DNA of 64,000 bases from Iphione sp. A-MEVVRFRX5 (GCA_976226885.1 OZ320322.1:64852001-64916000); one strand, 5' to 3'; positions 34,501 to 46,500 are shown, counted from the first letter of the stretch. Numbers and translations are program-made. The notes: generated by a model not told the origin, from the sequence alone.

Positions 34501-36738
34501 CCTCCCGGGGGAGAGATGGCCCTCGGTGGTGATGTTAAGGGTCAGAGAGGACCGTTACACTATCTCAGCGATAGGAAGGGGGCAGAACATGTCCCGGGAA
34601 CATGGCAGCCTCTCTGATGCCCGAGCCAGTTTCTCGGAGATGGGTTTGACAGAGCTGGTGTCAGCCTGTGAAAGTGTCAGTGAGAGGAGCTAGCATGGAC
34701 GTGAGCGCCTGCACATTGGTTAAGGTGGCTGCCCCAGTTAACAGGAGAGAATAGCATGGCGGCCATAGCCAGTAGAAGGAGAATTGGGTGAGAGGTGGTC
34801 GGTGGTGTGGCTGCAGTAGCTGGCCTGTAAGAGGGATGGGTTACCAAGTCAGTCCGAGGGGGTAACATGGCTGAAGAGTCAGTGGGAAGGTATGGCAGGT
34901 CTCATAGTAACCCCCATCGGGGTGAAGAAGGTCTCTACCGCAGAATTAGCCTGGTTAAGTCCATCCAGTTCGTAACAGGGCAGCCTACCTCTTGAACACA
35001 CATAATAATAAATGCATAGTATACACACAGCACACACTTAGTATACACACAGCATACACATAGTATACACATAGTATACACATAGCACACACTAAGTATA
35101 CACACAGCATACACATAGTATACACATAGCACACACTTAGTATACATACAGCACATACTTAGTATACACACAGCATACACATAGTATACACATAGTATAC
35201 ACATAGCACACACTAAGTATACACACAGCATACACATAGTATACACACAGCATAAACATAGTATACACATAGCACACACTTAGTATACATACAGCACATA
35301 CTTAGTATACACACAGCATACACATAGTATACACATGGCAGACACATAGTATACACACAGCGTACACACAGCACATACTTAGTATACACACAGCATACAC
35401 ATAGTATACATATAGCATACACATGGCAGACAGAGTATATACATGGCAGACACATAGTATACATATAGTAAATACAGTATACACATAGTATATGCAGAGT
35501 AAACTCATAGCATACACATAGTATACACATAGCATACACACAGTATGCACATAGCATACACATTGCATACACATAGTATACACACAGCATAAACATAGTA
35601 TACACATAGTATACACATAGCACACACTTAGTATACACACAGCATACACATAGCACACACTTAGTATACACACAGCATACACATAGTATACACATGGCAT
35701 ATGCATAGGATACACATAGTATACACCAAGCAGACACGTAGGAGCTGCTCTGGGGAAAAGAAGCTGATTTGAGGAAAAAGTGACAAGGAGTCTTGTTCTA
35801 GCAAGAGTGTATTACGTGTGTGAGGGAGGGAGGTATTGCCGAGGTGGCTGTGGTCCAGAAAGCTGCTGCATGCGACAGTTCCTGAACCATCCTCATGCTG
35901 AGGTCTATAAAGGGACTGAAAGATTGAGGTTGTAAGACAGAGATACATTAAAGTTAACTTACAAACATACATGGAGCTGTGGCTTCATGTGTAATATATC
36001 TACAAGTGAAGCAACTTCTCATCAGCTGTAGTGCTGATGGTATGTCGAACAAGTGAACGCTTTAGAGTTAACTTCTTCTAGATGGTGTATTATCTGCATT
36101 GACGGTAGCTAAGGGCCCGTAATTAGACACATCCAGGGTTCCCAGGGGTCACCATGGGTTGGTCCAGGCTCTCGTGATTCACGTTTCTTGTTTTGGTCTA
36201 GGCGGAGATCAACCAGCTGCGCGCGGAGGTGGCTCAGCTCAAGTCTCTGCTGCTGGCCCACAAAGACTGCCCCATCTTTGTCCAGCAGCGAAACTCGGGC
36301 CAAATCAACCTCGAGACAGGTGAGTGCCCGATAGGACCGTTCAATATGTTTCTAATGAAGTTTATCTGCCATTCACATGATTATGAACCTTTCATTCTAC
36401 AGAAAAGTGCCTTGTATAAAAGCTTATTGAAGCCCCTATAAAGCCTCTAGAAGGTTTCCTTGTCTCTGCCATTGAGTTTCCGTGCTGATCTTTCAGTGAG
36501 CATCCAGAAGGTGGAAGTTGGTGGTGAAGCTGACCCCTCCCAGGTGTCAGCACCTGCCAAGGTGACCACGCTGAGCCTCAGCACCGGCCCCCAGGCAGCA
36601 GCAACTCCTGCACAGCAGCCCACAGCCCTGGCCGCTAACACCGGTCTCTCAGCGCTGCCCTCCTCAGCTGCGCAGTTGGTCACCTCCACAATCATCAATG
36701 TCATCGACGACAAGAAGCTTATTCTGAAGCAGTCCTGA
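22544..36738 (+). CDS. ATF2: ATF2/ATF7/CREB5-family bZIP transcription factor, 11 coding exons, 692 aa
   Basis: join(22544-22594,27100-27199,29324-29487,30473-30520,31241-31875,32788-33115,33332-33555,33650-33721,34399-34495,36202-36319,36497-36738) = 2079 nt; all introns GT-AG with compatible phases. N-terminal C2H2 finger, DQTPTPT, LPNGQT, b[24 protein letters not shown], and LLLAHKDCP. Likely a single pro-orthologue of vertebrate ATF2/ATF7/CREB5. Confidence 0.95.
22599..22845. repeat. 62-bp minisatellite, 4 copies, starting just after the exon 1 donor
   Basis: GAGCTCC at 22599, 22661, 22723 and 22786. Confidence 0.85.
23430..25240. repeat. ~41-bp minisatellite split by a LINE fragment
   Basis: CATGCTACCCCCTGTAACTCATCTACCTTCACCAAGTACCC units at 23430-23594 and 24783-25240. 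Confidence 0.9.
23595..24782 (-). mobile_element. 5'-truncated CR1/L2-group LINE (RT C-terminus, 3' UTR, poly(A))
   Basis: ORF 23925-24797 with [24 protein letters not shown] and TWKALD...FKNRLK; AATAAA at 23617-23622 and an A17 tail at 23595-23611 on the minus strand. Confidence 0.9.
25290..26975. repeat. C-rich 24-bp minisatellite (CCTACCACCCTCTCCCTCACCCCA), ~1.7 kb
   Basis: About 70 degenerate tandem copies; source of several spurious ORFs. Confidence 0.95.
27100..27199 (+). CDS. ATF2: ATF2-family coding exon 2 ([21 protein letters not shown]...)
   Basis: Completes the C2H2 finger; TTTACAG acceptor and GTAAGA donor. Confidence 0.93.
27512..27698 (+). mobile_element. Penelope-like element pseudo-LTR/tail remnant
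   Basis: ATTGG at 27540, TATAAAA at 27577, hammerhead core at 27619-27650, AATAAA at 27679; AGAACTGTTC direct repeat at 27512-27521 and 27689-27698. Confidence 0.6.
27609..27666 (+). ncRNA. Type I hammerhead ribozyme with minimal helix III
   Basis: Stem I (ACATGT)TCAC / GTGA...(ACATGT); CUGAUGA+A; stem II GTGGTG-GACA-CACCAC; GAAA; palindromic AAGCTT in place of helix III. Confidence 0.75.
28085..28460. repeat. 64-bp minisatellite, ~6 copies
   Basis: ATAGGAGCCCTTCTCACAG recurs at 64-bp spacing. Confidence 0.9.
29324..29487 (+). CDS. ATF2: ATF2-family coding exon 3 ([26 protein letters not shown]...[10 protein letters not shown])
   Basis: Contains the MAPK-phosphorylated TPTP motif of the ATF2 family. 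Confidence 0.95.
29471..30050 (+). repeat. 55-bp minisatellite containing the exon 3 donor, ~11 copies
   Basis: The unit GTGACCC..CCACAG.G|GTAGGCCCCCC...CTTGTACAG begins inside exon 3. Confidence 0.92.
30473..30520 (+). CDS. ATF2: ATF2-family coding exon 4 ([16 protein letters not shown])
   Basis: CCCACAG acceptor, GTAAGT donor, phase 0-0. Confidence 0.8.
30881..31165. repeat. 26-bp minisatellite carrying CCAATCAG, 10 copies
   Basis: Unit CCAATCAGCCGTGGTTTACATGGGAC; CCAAT at 30894, 30920, 30946 ... 31102, 31129. Confidence 0.92.
31241..31875 (+). CDS. ATF2: ATF2-family coding exon 5 (Pro/Ser/Thr-rich, polyPro, three TSP repeats)
   Basis: Open from the TTACTAG acceptor to the GG|GTGAGT donor; phases match both neighbours. 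Confidence 0.85.
32130..32665. repeat. 33-bp minisatellite (GTAGTGACGTAGGGCTCTGTGACAGCAGGTGGA), ~16 copies
   Basis: Tandem array within the intron between exons 5 and 6. Confidence 0.92.
32788..33115 (+). CDS. ATF2: ATF2-family coding exon 6 (...[15 protein letters not shown]...ATKQ)
   Basis: LPNGQT motif conserved in ATF2/ATF7; canonical splice sites. Confidence 0.92.
33332..33555 (+). CDS. ATF2: ATF2-family coding exon 7 (KLKATITQN...TPF)
   Basis: K-LKA resembles KMRLKAAL of ATF2; canonical splice sites. Confidence 0.88.
33650..33721 (+). CDS. ATF2: ATF2-family coding exon 8 (bZIP basic region, [16 protein letters not shown])
   Basis: Signature basic region of the ATF2 family. Confidence 0.95.
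33786..34108. mobile_element. MITE with CAGGGTCCCCACT-type TIRs, copy 1
   Basis: Close match to 42247-42558; ends AGTGGGGACCCTG; internal CAGGGAAAA repeats. Confidence 0.85.
34399..34495 (+). CDS. ATF2: ATF2-family coding exon 9 ([32 protein letters not shown])
   Basis: End of the basic region and start of the zipper. Confidence 0.95.
35010..35725. repeat. Low-complexity (AGTATACACACAGCATACACAT)-type array
   Basis: Degenerate CA/TA-rich tandem repeat. Confidence 0.9.
36202..36319 (+). CDS. ATF2: ATF2-family coding exon 10 ([24 protein letters not shown]...)
   Basis: End of the zipper plus the HKDCP motif. Confidence 0.95.
36497..36738 (+). CDS. ATF2: ATF2-family coding exon 11 (terminal)
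   Basis: TTTCAG acceptor, phase 1; TGA at 36736-36738. Confidence 0.8.
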
Positions 36739-37699
36739 CCTGCAGGTGGCAACAGCCACAACTAGTACAGGTCATCACAGGTCCTGACCTGATGACCACA
36801 CAGCCACCACAAAAAACCGGCCTCCACCAACATTCCAGACCTACAGGCCACAACTAGTCTTGACCTGCAGGTCACAACTGCCACATATAATACTGGTACC
36901 TACCAGTCCTGACCCGCAGGCCTTGACAGTAAGAATGAGTACTAGCCATGAATACCTACACAGGGAAGTATCATAGCAGCTGCTGCAGAGCTGTAGACCG
37001 CGAGCATCCGTGCTTAGGTGAGGAGGATGCTACTTGTTGTAGACGAGGCCGGCTGTCCTCTAGTCCCTGTAAACCCTGTTGCTGCCAACATGGCAAGGAG
37101 TAGCCGACTCGCCTCTAACCCTGCATAAGCTTCGCTTTCTTCTCTTATTGCCCAGGAGGAGAGAAACTCTGCACCCACCCTATAAATACACTCTTAATGA
37201 ATATTCCTATATCTATATGAATATATATATATACTTGAATATATAGATATACAGTGTATATTTATACCCGATATTTATTTTTGTCCATAGATATGGAAGT
37301 GTCTGATGTTATGTGTGATAATACAGTAGACCTCCCCCTTTAGGACTTCGGTCCCAATCACCATTCTGTGGAGATCGACGTGTTTGACTCTACCGCCGTA
37401 GTGTGAGATCAAAGCCTTATTATTATAATGAAGATGGCTGAAGCTATTGATTTTGTGGTCTGAGGCCACTATTCTCTGGACCCTTTTTAAAAGGAAATTA
37501 CAAACAGAAAAGAAGAAATACAGACATTTATAAATAGAGCCACATAAATAAATGATCAACATAAAGCTGAAATCTTGAAAATTACTGCTAAATTCAGTGT
37601 GAGTAGTCTGAGAATGAAGTTTCCCTCAGTGAACTGATTGCATAGAACACATCTAGTGCTTTAACCAAGGTTTATCTGTATGTGTAATGCATGTAGTAG

Positions 37700-38450
37700 A
37701 CTGCCTCCAGTAGGACGTCAGGTCTGGTCACTGTTCCAGGGCGATAGACATGTATGACGTTATGTGTGATATGTACAGTAGACCACCTCCAGTACCAAGA
37801 CAGTCCCTGTCACCTCTCTTTTGAGATGGACGTGTATGATGTTATGTGTGAAGCATAGTAGAGACCACCTCCAGTACGACTTCAGTCCCAGTCACCACTC
37901 TGTGGAGATTGATATGTCTGACATCATGTGCAAAGCATAGACCACCTCCAGTACGACTTTGGTCCCAGTCACTGCTCTGTCAAGATAGACGTGTGATGTT
38001 ATCTGCAAAGCATAGTAGACCACCTACAGTATGACTTTCGTCTCAGTCACCGCTCTGTCAAGATGGACGTATGATGTTATGTGCGAAGCGTAGTAGACCA
38101 CCTCCAGTACGACTTTGGTCCCAGTCACTGTTCTGTCAAGATGGATGTATGATGTTATGTGCGAAGCATAGTAGACCAACTTCAGTATGATTTTGGTCCT
38201 GGTCACCACTCTATTGAGATGGATATGTATGACATCATGTGCAAAGCATAGTAGACCACCTACAATATGACTTTGGTCAGGGTCACCGCTCTGTTGAGAT
38301 GAACATGGATGACATCATGCACGAAGCATAGTAGACCACCTCCAGTACGACTGGTCATGACTGGTCCTGTTTATTCTCCTGTGGAGATAATATGTCGTTA
38401 TGTGTGATATGTAGAATGGACCTCATCCAGTATGATGTCTGTTCTGGTCA
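37700..38450. repeat. ~80-bp minisatellite
   Basis: GTAGACCACCTCCAGTACGAC recurs every 77-80 bp; a related copy lies near 37290. Confidence 0.85.
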
Positions 38451-38929
38451 CTGTGCGTCCATGTTGATTGATGTCACCCAAAAAAGTTGAAGGTACTCAC
38501 ATGCTGTGGTATAGACCTCAGCTCATCAGTGCATTACTTGATCGAGCAGACAGGCCGTGGCTCCTTGCCCCCAAGAGCGAAACTCCAGTTTGATGGGTAC
38601 TGAATGTTACAGTGGCCAGGGTTACGGCAGGCAAACACACAGGTGTTATCAGTGCAGAGAGATAGGGAACACTGCTGATCTTGGCAGTCATGCACAGCTC
38701 AGGGGATTCCTTGTCATGTGATGAGTGTGTTCCCCCTGGGCTTGCATATGTTTGCTAGGAGTGGGATGATCACCGGCTGCAGTCAGTCTGGGCAGAGGAT
38801 GATGGTAAGGCTGACGAGGGAAGTATGATTTGTGATCGGGTGTGTGGTTATCTTAATTCTGCATATTTGAGAAAAAGGCAGATACAGGTGTGCTTAGTCA
38901 GTGTCGCTAGTAGCGAGAAGTGTTAATGT

Positions 38930-39520
38930 ATCGGGGATAAGGAGATCCTTGTTGCATGAGTGTTGGTCGGGGCCGAGGAGATCCTTGTAGAATGAGTGTT
39001 GGTGGGGGATGAGGAGATCCTTGTAGAATGAGTGTTGGTGGGGGATGAGGAGATCCTTGTAGAATGAGTGTTGGTGGGAGATAAGGAGATCCTTGTTGCA
39101 TGAGTGTTGGTCGGGGCCGAGGAGATCCTTGTAGAATGAGTGTTGGTGGGAGATGAGATCCTTGTTGCATGAGTGTTGGTCGGGGCCGAGGAGATCCTTG
39201 TAGAATGAGTGTTGGTGGGAGATGAGATCCTTGTTGCATGAGTGTTGGTCGGGGCCGAGGAGATCCTTGTAGAATGAGTGTTGGTGGGGAATGAGGAGAT
39301 GCTCTTAAAGCAAGTGTTTGTGGAGGGTGAGGAGATTCTTGTAGAGTAAGTGTTGATGGGGGTGGGGAGATCCTTGTAAAGGGAGTGTTGGTTGGTGGGT
39401 GTTGAGGAGATCCTTATAGCATGAGTGGTCATGGGGGGGTGAGGAGATCCTTGTAGCGTGAGTGTGGATGGGCAGTGGGGTGATCCTCGTAGAGCAAGTG
39501 TTGGGGGGGGGGAGAGGAGG
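38930..39520. repeat. 36-bp minisatellite (GGAGATCCTTGTAGAATGAGTGTTGGTGGGGGATGA)
   Basis: GGAGATCC at 38941, 38977, 39013, 39049 and onward. Confidence 0.9.
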
Positions 39521-41274
39521 TCCTTGTAGAGAGAGTGTTGCTGGAGGGGGAGAGTGGGAAGGATGCTGGTCGGATCTAAGGGTAGTGCCACCCTCCAGCG
39601 TGCTGCTAGATGCTGACCGTCTGTCTCGATACAGAACTTGTACATATTTATAAGGAAAAATTATGTCATAGAAATGAGAATCAAGGCAGGCAGCTCAGGC
39701 TCTGGCAGGTCCGCGAGGCCCAGTCGTAACCTGAAGGAGGTGGAGAGGGGCATAAGCAGAAGGGCTATGTAAAAAGCGTTCTATAAATTCCTATTTATGC
39801 TAATGTTGAAGAGGATTTTGGCAACGATCTTGCTAACAACTGGTCTATGTCTTTTTTTCTGATCTAGAAAGGTGATTTTTCTTTGTGTAGTCAAGTGTAG
39901 ACATAGACGTTAAAGTGTGGAGTTGACTGCTCATCACCATATGGCACAGTGCCCGAATTCACATTGTATTCAGGTTGATATACAATATGTTGTTTATTGT
40001 TTAGCACAAGATAGGAACTCTATAACAGCAATTGCGGGTACGATGTCTATAGTTTACCCAGGATTGCACCTATGCCCGGGAGGACTGGTTAGTTTGTCTA
40101 TCCTTGTACAGTACAGAAACTACCTATAGTATACAACTAGACAAGATGGAGCCAGCCACCCATGTGTAATCGACAGAGCCAGCTGTCTACAGTGATCCCC
40201 CACCAATGAGTAAATGACAGAGCCAGCTGTCTACAGTGGTACCCCACCCATTGCAGCAAATTAGCCAATAACGTCACACCAGAGTAGCTGACCTTCCGTG
40301 TAGGTAATGTCCGGTTCAGTAGATGTAACCTCAAAGGGCAGACTGTCTGTCAGAATTGAATCTTCTGGGGTTTCTATATGCTAATGATCTGATGACAGCT
40401 GAAATGATTCTCCGATGCCCCTGAGGTTCCATATCCATTGCCTCTTGTTCTCTCTCTTCTTTGCCACTACCACCTCCCCTCGGCTCTGCGACATGCATAC
40501 TTTGCAGGCCAGACCTCTCCCGCTGCTGGCACCTTCACCTCCCCACCGCTGTGCGACATTGTGCCCATGCAACTCATCCTGTATTCATTGACAGAGCCAG
40601 CTTTCTACAGTGAAAAGTCGACCGAAGTCATCTGGTGAAGGTTGCTTTAGCAGCAGTAATGTCGTCTCTCAGTCTACATAGAACGCCGTCTACACAGAAA
40701 TATGTCCATAGCTTGTTTCTTTAGCTCACTTTCAGGTGGCGGACCAGAAAGACAAGTACATGGCAGAGCTAGGTGTGCATAGTGAAAAACTCAACGCAAA
40801 TGGCGGAGCTGGGTGGCTGTGCTCCAAGATGTACAATTCTTATGCTGGTTCCTCAAAGACCCACGATGTTAAGCAGGACTGCTGCAAGGCTTCTCCGTAT
40901 AGTGACTGTCGTGTATGCAGCCTATTTGTTAACTTAACATCTGCATCACAGGCACACCAGAAATGAACAGTATGCATAGAGTAGCTAATGACTAAGAAGA
41001 AGTAATTGTATAAATCAGTGGGTTCGTCGTTGAGACAAGGGAAGTGCACCACCCCTTTAAAAAGAGGGAAAGTGAATAAAACGCCATTTTAGTCTTTGTG
41101 AAAAACCTTCAGTTGCACTTTCAGATTTATATGTCAGCACTGGGACACTGCTGCAGTGCCACCTACCAAGCAGATTATTATTCGCATTGTGTGTAGACTC
41201 ATGCAGTTGTTGGTGTGTTAGCAGCATGAGGCGGTAGGGCCACATGCATTGTCGGTGTTCACATTTCAAGAGCA

Positions 41275-41585
41275 TCTAGCCCGAGGTGTATAAATAAATG
41301 AATGAAGTGTGTATTGGTTGAGACATGACTAGTCTACAGTCTCTTGTCCGAGAGGTACCTAGCCCGAGGTGAATACATAGATGAATGGAGTGTGTATTGG
41401 TTCAGACATGACTGGCCTACAGTCTCGTGTACAAGGGGTACCTAGCCCGAAGTGAATAACATAGATGAACGGAGTGTGTATTGTTTGAGACATGACTTAG
41501 CCTGAGGTGAATACATAGATGAATGGAGTGTGTATTGGTTGAGACATGACTGGCCTACAGTCTTGTGTACAAGGGGTACCTAGTA
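41275..41585. repeat. 83-bp minisatellite
   Basis: TAGCCCGA at ~41277, 41360 and 41443. Confidence 0.8.
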
Positions 41586-41984
41586 TTTAGAGACATGACT
41601 ACATGTACAGAAATGAGAGGAACTCATGGGAACCTCAGAGGTGGAGGAGTTTTAAGGACTCAGAACAAAGCCAAGCCAGACTGGACGGTGTGTCAGCTGC
41701 CTTGTGTTCTGAAGGTTTGCAAAATTGGTGAAATATTGATACCTCAAGCCTCAGAGGTTTATTGAAAGTCTGAAGAATGAGGTCTGTTGACAAAAACCAT
41801 ATTTGGCAAAATCTGTCATGGCTCTGACACCTGCTAAGCCTAGCTGGTACTAGCTGTAGGCTGTGGAATGAAGTATTGTTCTTTGGTGACAAGATGTTGC
41901 TTCCTGTGATCATGCTATGCATCACTCGAACGAGAATGATGTGTCCATGTGTGAGAAGCACCACTCATGAAAGAAGCAGGTGTT

Positions 41985-42720
41985 TGTATTCTAGGGTTAC
42001 GGGATGTGCCATGCTGTCAGGGAAAGATACCTCTGTGCAGTGTGGTCATGCACTGCAGCACTCATGAATGAAGGAATCCCTCGTACTCTAGCATTACAAA
42101 ATGGAAACTGTAAGGGAAAGATACCTCTGTACAGGGTGGTCATGCAATGTACCACTTGTGAAAGAAAGTGTTTGTACTCTTAGAGTTACGAGATGTACCA
42201 TGCTATCAGGGAATGGTACTTCTGTACAGGGTGGTCATGCAATGCACAGGGTCCCCACTGCACAGGAAAACAGGGAAAATGGCAAAAAAAATTCCCTGTC
42301 TGGGAAAACACAGGGAATTTGAAAATTTGGGCCAAACACAGGGAAAAAAATTCTGAAAATCAGTAAAAAAAAATCATAGATCTTTTTTCCTTAAATAAGA
42401 CAAGGTCAACATCATTAGTTAGAAAATTATCCATACATAATTCAAAGCCTTGTCTTATAAAGTTGTACAGAAACCAACACAGGGAAAACTGCCATGGAAC
42501 AGGGAAAACTCAGGAAAAACACAGGGAATTTAAAAATGAAATTTGAGTGGGGACCCTGAATGCACCACATGTGAATTAAGGAATCCCTCATACTCTAGGG
42601 TTACAAAATGTAAGGTGTAAGGGAAAGATACCTCTGTACAGGGTGGTCATGCAATGCACCACTTGTGAAAGAAAGTGTTTGTACTCTAGAGTTATGAGAT
42701 GCACCATGTGTAAGGGAAAC
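41985..42720. repeat. ~90-97-bp minisatellite interrupted by a MITE
   Basis: CTCTAG...GGTCATGCAATG units on both sides of 42247-42558. Confidence 0.8.
42247..42558. mobile_element. MITE with CAGGGTCCCCACT TIRs, copy 2, 6-bp TSD AATGCA
   Basis: TIR CAGGGTCCCCACT / AGTGGGGACCCTG; AATGCA on both sides; the empty site GTCATGCAATGCACCAC is present in a sister repeat unit near 42647-42663. Confidence 0.9.
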
Positions 42721-42859
42721 AGGTCTTTCTACTCTGTGGTCTTAAAGTGCACCATGGATAACCAGAAGATACATCATTATTCCATGGTCAAGAATGTGTA
42801 GGAGGCGAACCTAATTTGTGCTCTGTGGTCATGTTAAGAGGAGAGCATGTCTGCTGTCA

Positions 42860-43185
42860 GTGGTCATGAGGAGAAGGGTAGCCCTGCTCTGCCTGGTCAT
42901 GAGAAGGGTAGCCTTGTTCTGCCTGGTCATGAGGAGAAGGGTAGCCTTGTTCTGCCTGGTCATGAGGAGAAGGGTAGCCCTGCTCTGCCTGGTCATGAGA
43001 AGGGTAACCTTGTTCTGCCTGGTCATGAGGAGAAGGGTAGCCTGCTCTGCCTGGTCATGAGAAGGGTAGCCTTGTTCTGCCTGGTCATGAGGAGAAGGGT
43101 AGCCCTGCTCTGCCTGGTCATGAGAAGGGTAGCCTTGTTCTGCCTGGTCATAAGGAGAAGGGAGCCCTGCTCTTCCTGGTCATGA
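42860..43185. repeat. 30/33-bp minisatellite (GGTCATGAGGAGAAGGGTAGCCCTGCTCTGCCT)
   Basis: About 10 tandem copies. Confidence 0.9.
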
Positions 43186-43828
43186 GACATGCTACTTATT
43201 ATACTGGTCTTATTGGGGTTTACTTTCTCTGTTGCATGCTGTGAAATATTTTCTTGAAATGTAGAAAATAGGATTCAGATATGTAAATTTTCAGGAATAC
43301 CCATATGTGTTTGTCATATATATACATATATATATGTATATATTTATACATTGTACATGTGTTTATATATGCTATTGACTCTCACTTAGGGTATCAAGTT
43401 TGGGACTCGAGGAATATGGTGGCCTGCGCAGTCTCGTGGTCCTGGCCAACCTCTTCTGTTTCCTTGCAGTTTTTGTCATATACTTTCCTTGAAGGTCTCC
43501 CGCCCATCACCCTCATGTTGTTTAAACTCCTCTCCCTCCATCACTTGTAACGCCTATCATTCTTGTTACATCTTGTTTTACTTTATTGTTTGGTGGAGAC
43601 ACCATTGAGCACTTGGAGGTCTGATGGCTGTTAACCTGTATACCATGTATTAACAGGTGCTTCATGTTTTACTGATGATGTGTGTATATAGATTTATATG
43701 TATATATGTGTTTTGTTACCATTACTCTTTCATTGTAGCAGCCATCCATAGAAGCCCCATGTAGTAGACAGCTCAATTAGCTCCTCATAAGGTCCCCCCC
43801 CGCCTTGCACCTTCTGCTGCTTGCCTTC

Positions 43829-43829
43829 T

Positions 43830-43881
<52 letters not shown>

Positions 43882-44075
43882 GGGAGAGAGGAGAGAGATA
43901 CGGAGAGAGGAGACAGATACAGAGAGAGAGCAGAGAGAGAAAGATGGAGAGAGGGGGAAAGAGAGGAGAGAGAGAGAAAAGAAAGAGGAGGGAGAGATAC
44001 CGAGAGAGGAGGGAGAGAGAGGAGAGAGAGGAAGGACAAAGAAAGAGGAGAGAAGGATAGAGGGAGAGAGAGATT
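43829..44075. repeat. (GA)n microsatellite and purine-rich tract
   Basis: Pure (GA)n followed by degenerate GA-rich sequence. Confidence 0.95.
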
Positions 44076-45179
44076 TTTTAGCCATATTGAAATGGGTTGA
44101 TGCTTGTGAACACAATGCGGGAAGAGAGGAAGGGTTTAAGGCAGATGGGACAAGAAAAATGGCATCCGATCATCAATGCAAGGATGTTTGCTTGTGAGAA
44201 ACTAGGTCATACTCTTAATTTCTCAGTTATCGTCTTTGAAATATGTGGAAATTGAAAAATTCAGATAGGTTTACTGAAAGAATAATGCTTAGGTTTCTGA
44301 GAACATGTTATTACCTTTATTTTTATATTAGATATGTTTGTTTTATCAGTGGAATATGAATTTTACTTTATATTTGCCTGTGATAAGTGTTGGGTAGCAA
44401 TCCCTTGATTTTTTTCATTTTCTGTAGAATCAGTCAACTGTATTCTATGATTGTGGAAACTTTTATAAACTTCTGATACATTTTCATAGTATTTTGTGTG
44501 ATTTTGTAGTTTTTGCCCCATTTTCTCTATAGTTAGCATGGCTGGGAAACCATTGTGTATAAATCAAAAATATTTGCAGCAAACCTGTTTCCTAACCTTT
44601 CCAGAAATGGTAGTTTAGCAAATTTCTTGATGTTACTTTTCACATACCAGTATCGCTAATCATAACACTGCATTGCGTCTCAATGATATTGCATTGCCTA
44701 TGCCATGGGTTGCATTTTTACCAGCACACTATTCATTGTCGGGGTTCCCGTAGGCGTATGCATGAGTAGGATATGAGGAAGTGGTTAGTTTCAGGCAATG
44801 AAAGAATTGTGTTAGGGGTGTGCCTTTGACAAAATCTGCACATTTATTCAACTAGTTTGCCATAAATTCAGTTTCCAAATTATGAATTCCCCACAAACAG
44901 TTCATGCATTGACACAGCTTGTCAATGAGCAGCACACGCATGCACACATGCAAGTCAGATATGGAAACCCGCTCTTTCCCTACACGTGCCCTGTCAGTAT
45001 GATGAGCTGAGACCCACTGGGGCTTGTCACTCACCGTGCCGCCCTCTTGGGTGCAGTTGTTCCTACTCAACAGCGAAACTATATGTGGTATCATCAGTAA
45101 ACCAAAATGGCCGATGGTTGAATGTGGTTGTCTCCACACATATGTGATGTCAGTAAGCAATAATGGCAGGTGACCCCAT

Positions 45180-45540
45180 AGTCATCTCCGTGTGTATATG
45201 AGATGTTGGTCTGTGGTGACAGCGGGTGATTCAGTGGTCATCTCTGTGTGTTTATGAGATGGTCTGTGGTGACAGCGGGGGACTCTGTGACCATATCTGT
45301 GTATATGAGATGTCGGTCGGTGGTGACAGCGGGTGACTCGGTGGTCATCTCTGTGTGTTAATGAGATGGTCTGTGGTGACAGCGGGGGACTCTGTGACCA
45401 TCTCTGTGTGTATATGAGATGCCAGTCTGTGGTGACAGCGGGGGACTCTGTGACCATCTCTGTGTGTATATGAGATGCCAGTCTGTGGTGACAGCGGGGG
45501 ACTCTGTGACCATCTCTGTGTGTATATGAGATGTCAGTCA
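45180..45540. repeat. ~55-bp minisatellite
   Basis: GTGGTGACAGCGGG...CTCTGTG units, 6-7 copies. Confidence 0.85.
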
Positions 45541-45639
45541 GCAGCACGGTTGAGAAAAACTCCCCAAAATTATATATACACTGAAAATAACATCTCAGTG
45601 TGATAGTTGAAAGAATCCTTGGAATTTTAAAGATCACAC

Positions 45640-46500
45640 ACAGTCAATTCTCCTGATTCTGGACACCTTCTGTTCTTCCCCAAATTGTCTACATTGTAGA
45701 CGTGTCCAGTTTGCAGATGTGTTAGTAGGATATGAGATGGGGGTCCTAAAAGTACTGAATTTGACTAGTAAAAGTCCTAAGAGTGCTGAATTTGATGAGT
45801 TAAAGTCCAAAAAGTGCTGAATTTGACGAGTTTATGGCCCAAAAGAGCTGAATTTGATGAGTAAAAGTCCAAAAATGTCCCAACAGTGCTGAATTTGACA
45901 AGTACAGTGTGACATCCTCTCTCAGACACATCTACAATGTGGACGCATCCCCAATGCGGACGATTTGGAAAAGAACCAAATTGTTTCCTATAGTTAAGCA
46001 TTGTAAGAGGACGTCTTTAATCAGAACAGCTCATTTGATCAATCACCCCCCCTACGGACACTGTTGTTGTGTGAATTTGAGGCAGCAGAGAGATCTGGAG
46101 TGTTTTCAAATGAGGGTTCCCTGGGGTGGGGTTCCCCAGCACTACCATTTTTGCCGGACATTCTCAAACGGTAAGGTTTCAAGCCTCTGTATGTGTTGTA
46201 GCGCGAATTGGGTTGGATTTCAAGCCTCTGAAGTAAAATTAGGACAAGCAGGCCATCATATAAAACCCTCAGACCCTCAGAGGTGTTTAGGACTTTTACT
46301 CGTCAAATTTAGTGCTTTTGGGACTCTTTCTCATCAAATTGAGTGCTTTTAGGACTCTTACCCATTAAATTCAGCACCAGTAGGACTTTAGCTCACACAC
46401 ATCTCATCTACTACTATCTATAATCAGGAGACTTCTGAAATGCGGACGATTTGAGGCAGAACCACGGGTGTCCGTAATCGGGACGTGCGATCAGCTGTCA
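45640..46500. mobile_element. Nested non-autonomous TIR-element remnants
   Basis: ~28-bp GTGCTGAATTTGA subterminal repeats at 45750-45900, with inverted counterparts at 46290-46390. Ends are uncertain. Confidence 0.4.

Noticed and set aside
40388-40412. Second CTGATGA...GAAA hammerhead-like motif
   Set aside because: No room for a stem II loop and no stem I pairing.
40736-40966. ORF after a good acceptor with CRVC...SQAH, resembling a matrin-type zinc finger
   Set aside because: It stops before the required histidines are completed, and no partner exons were found.
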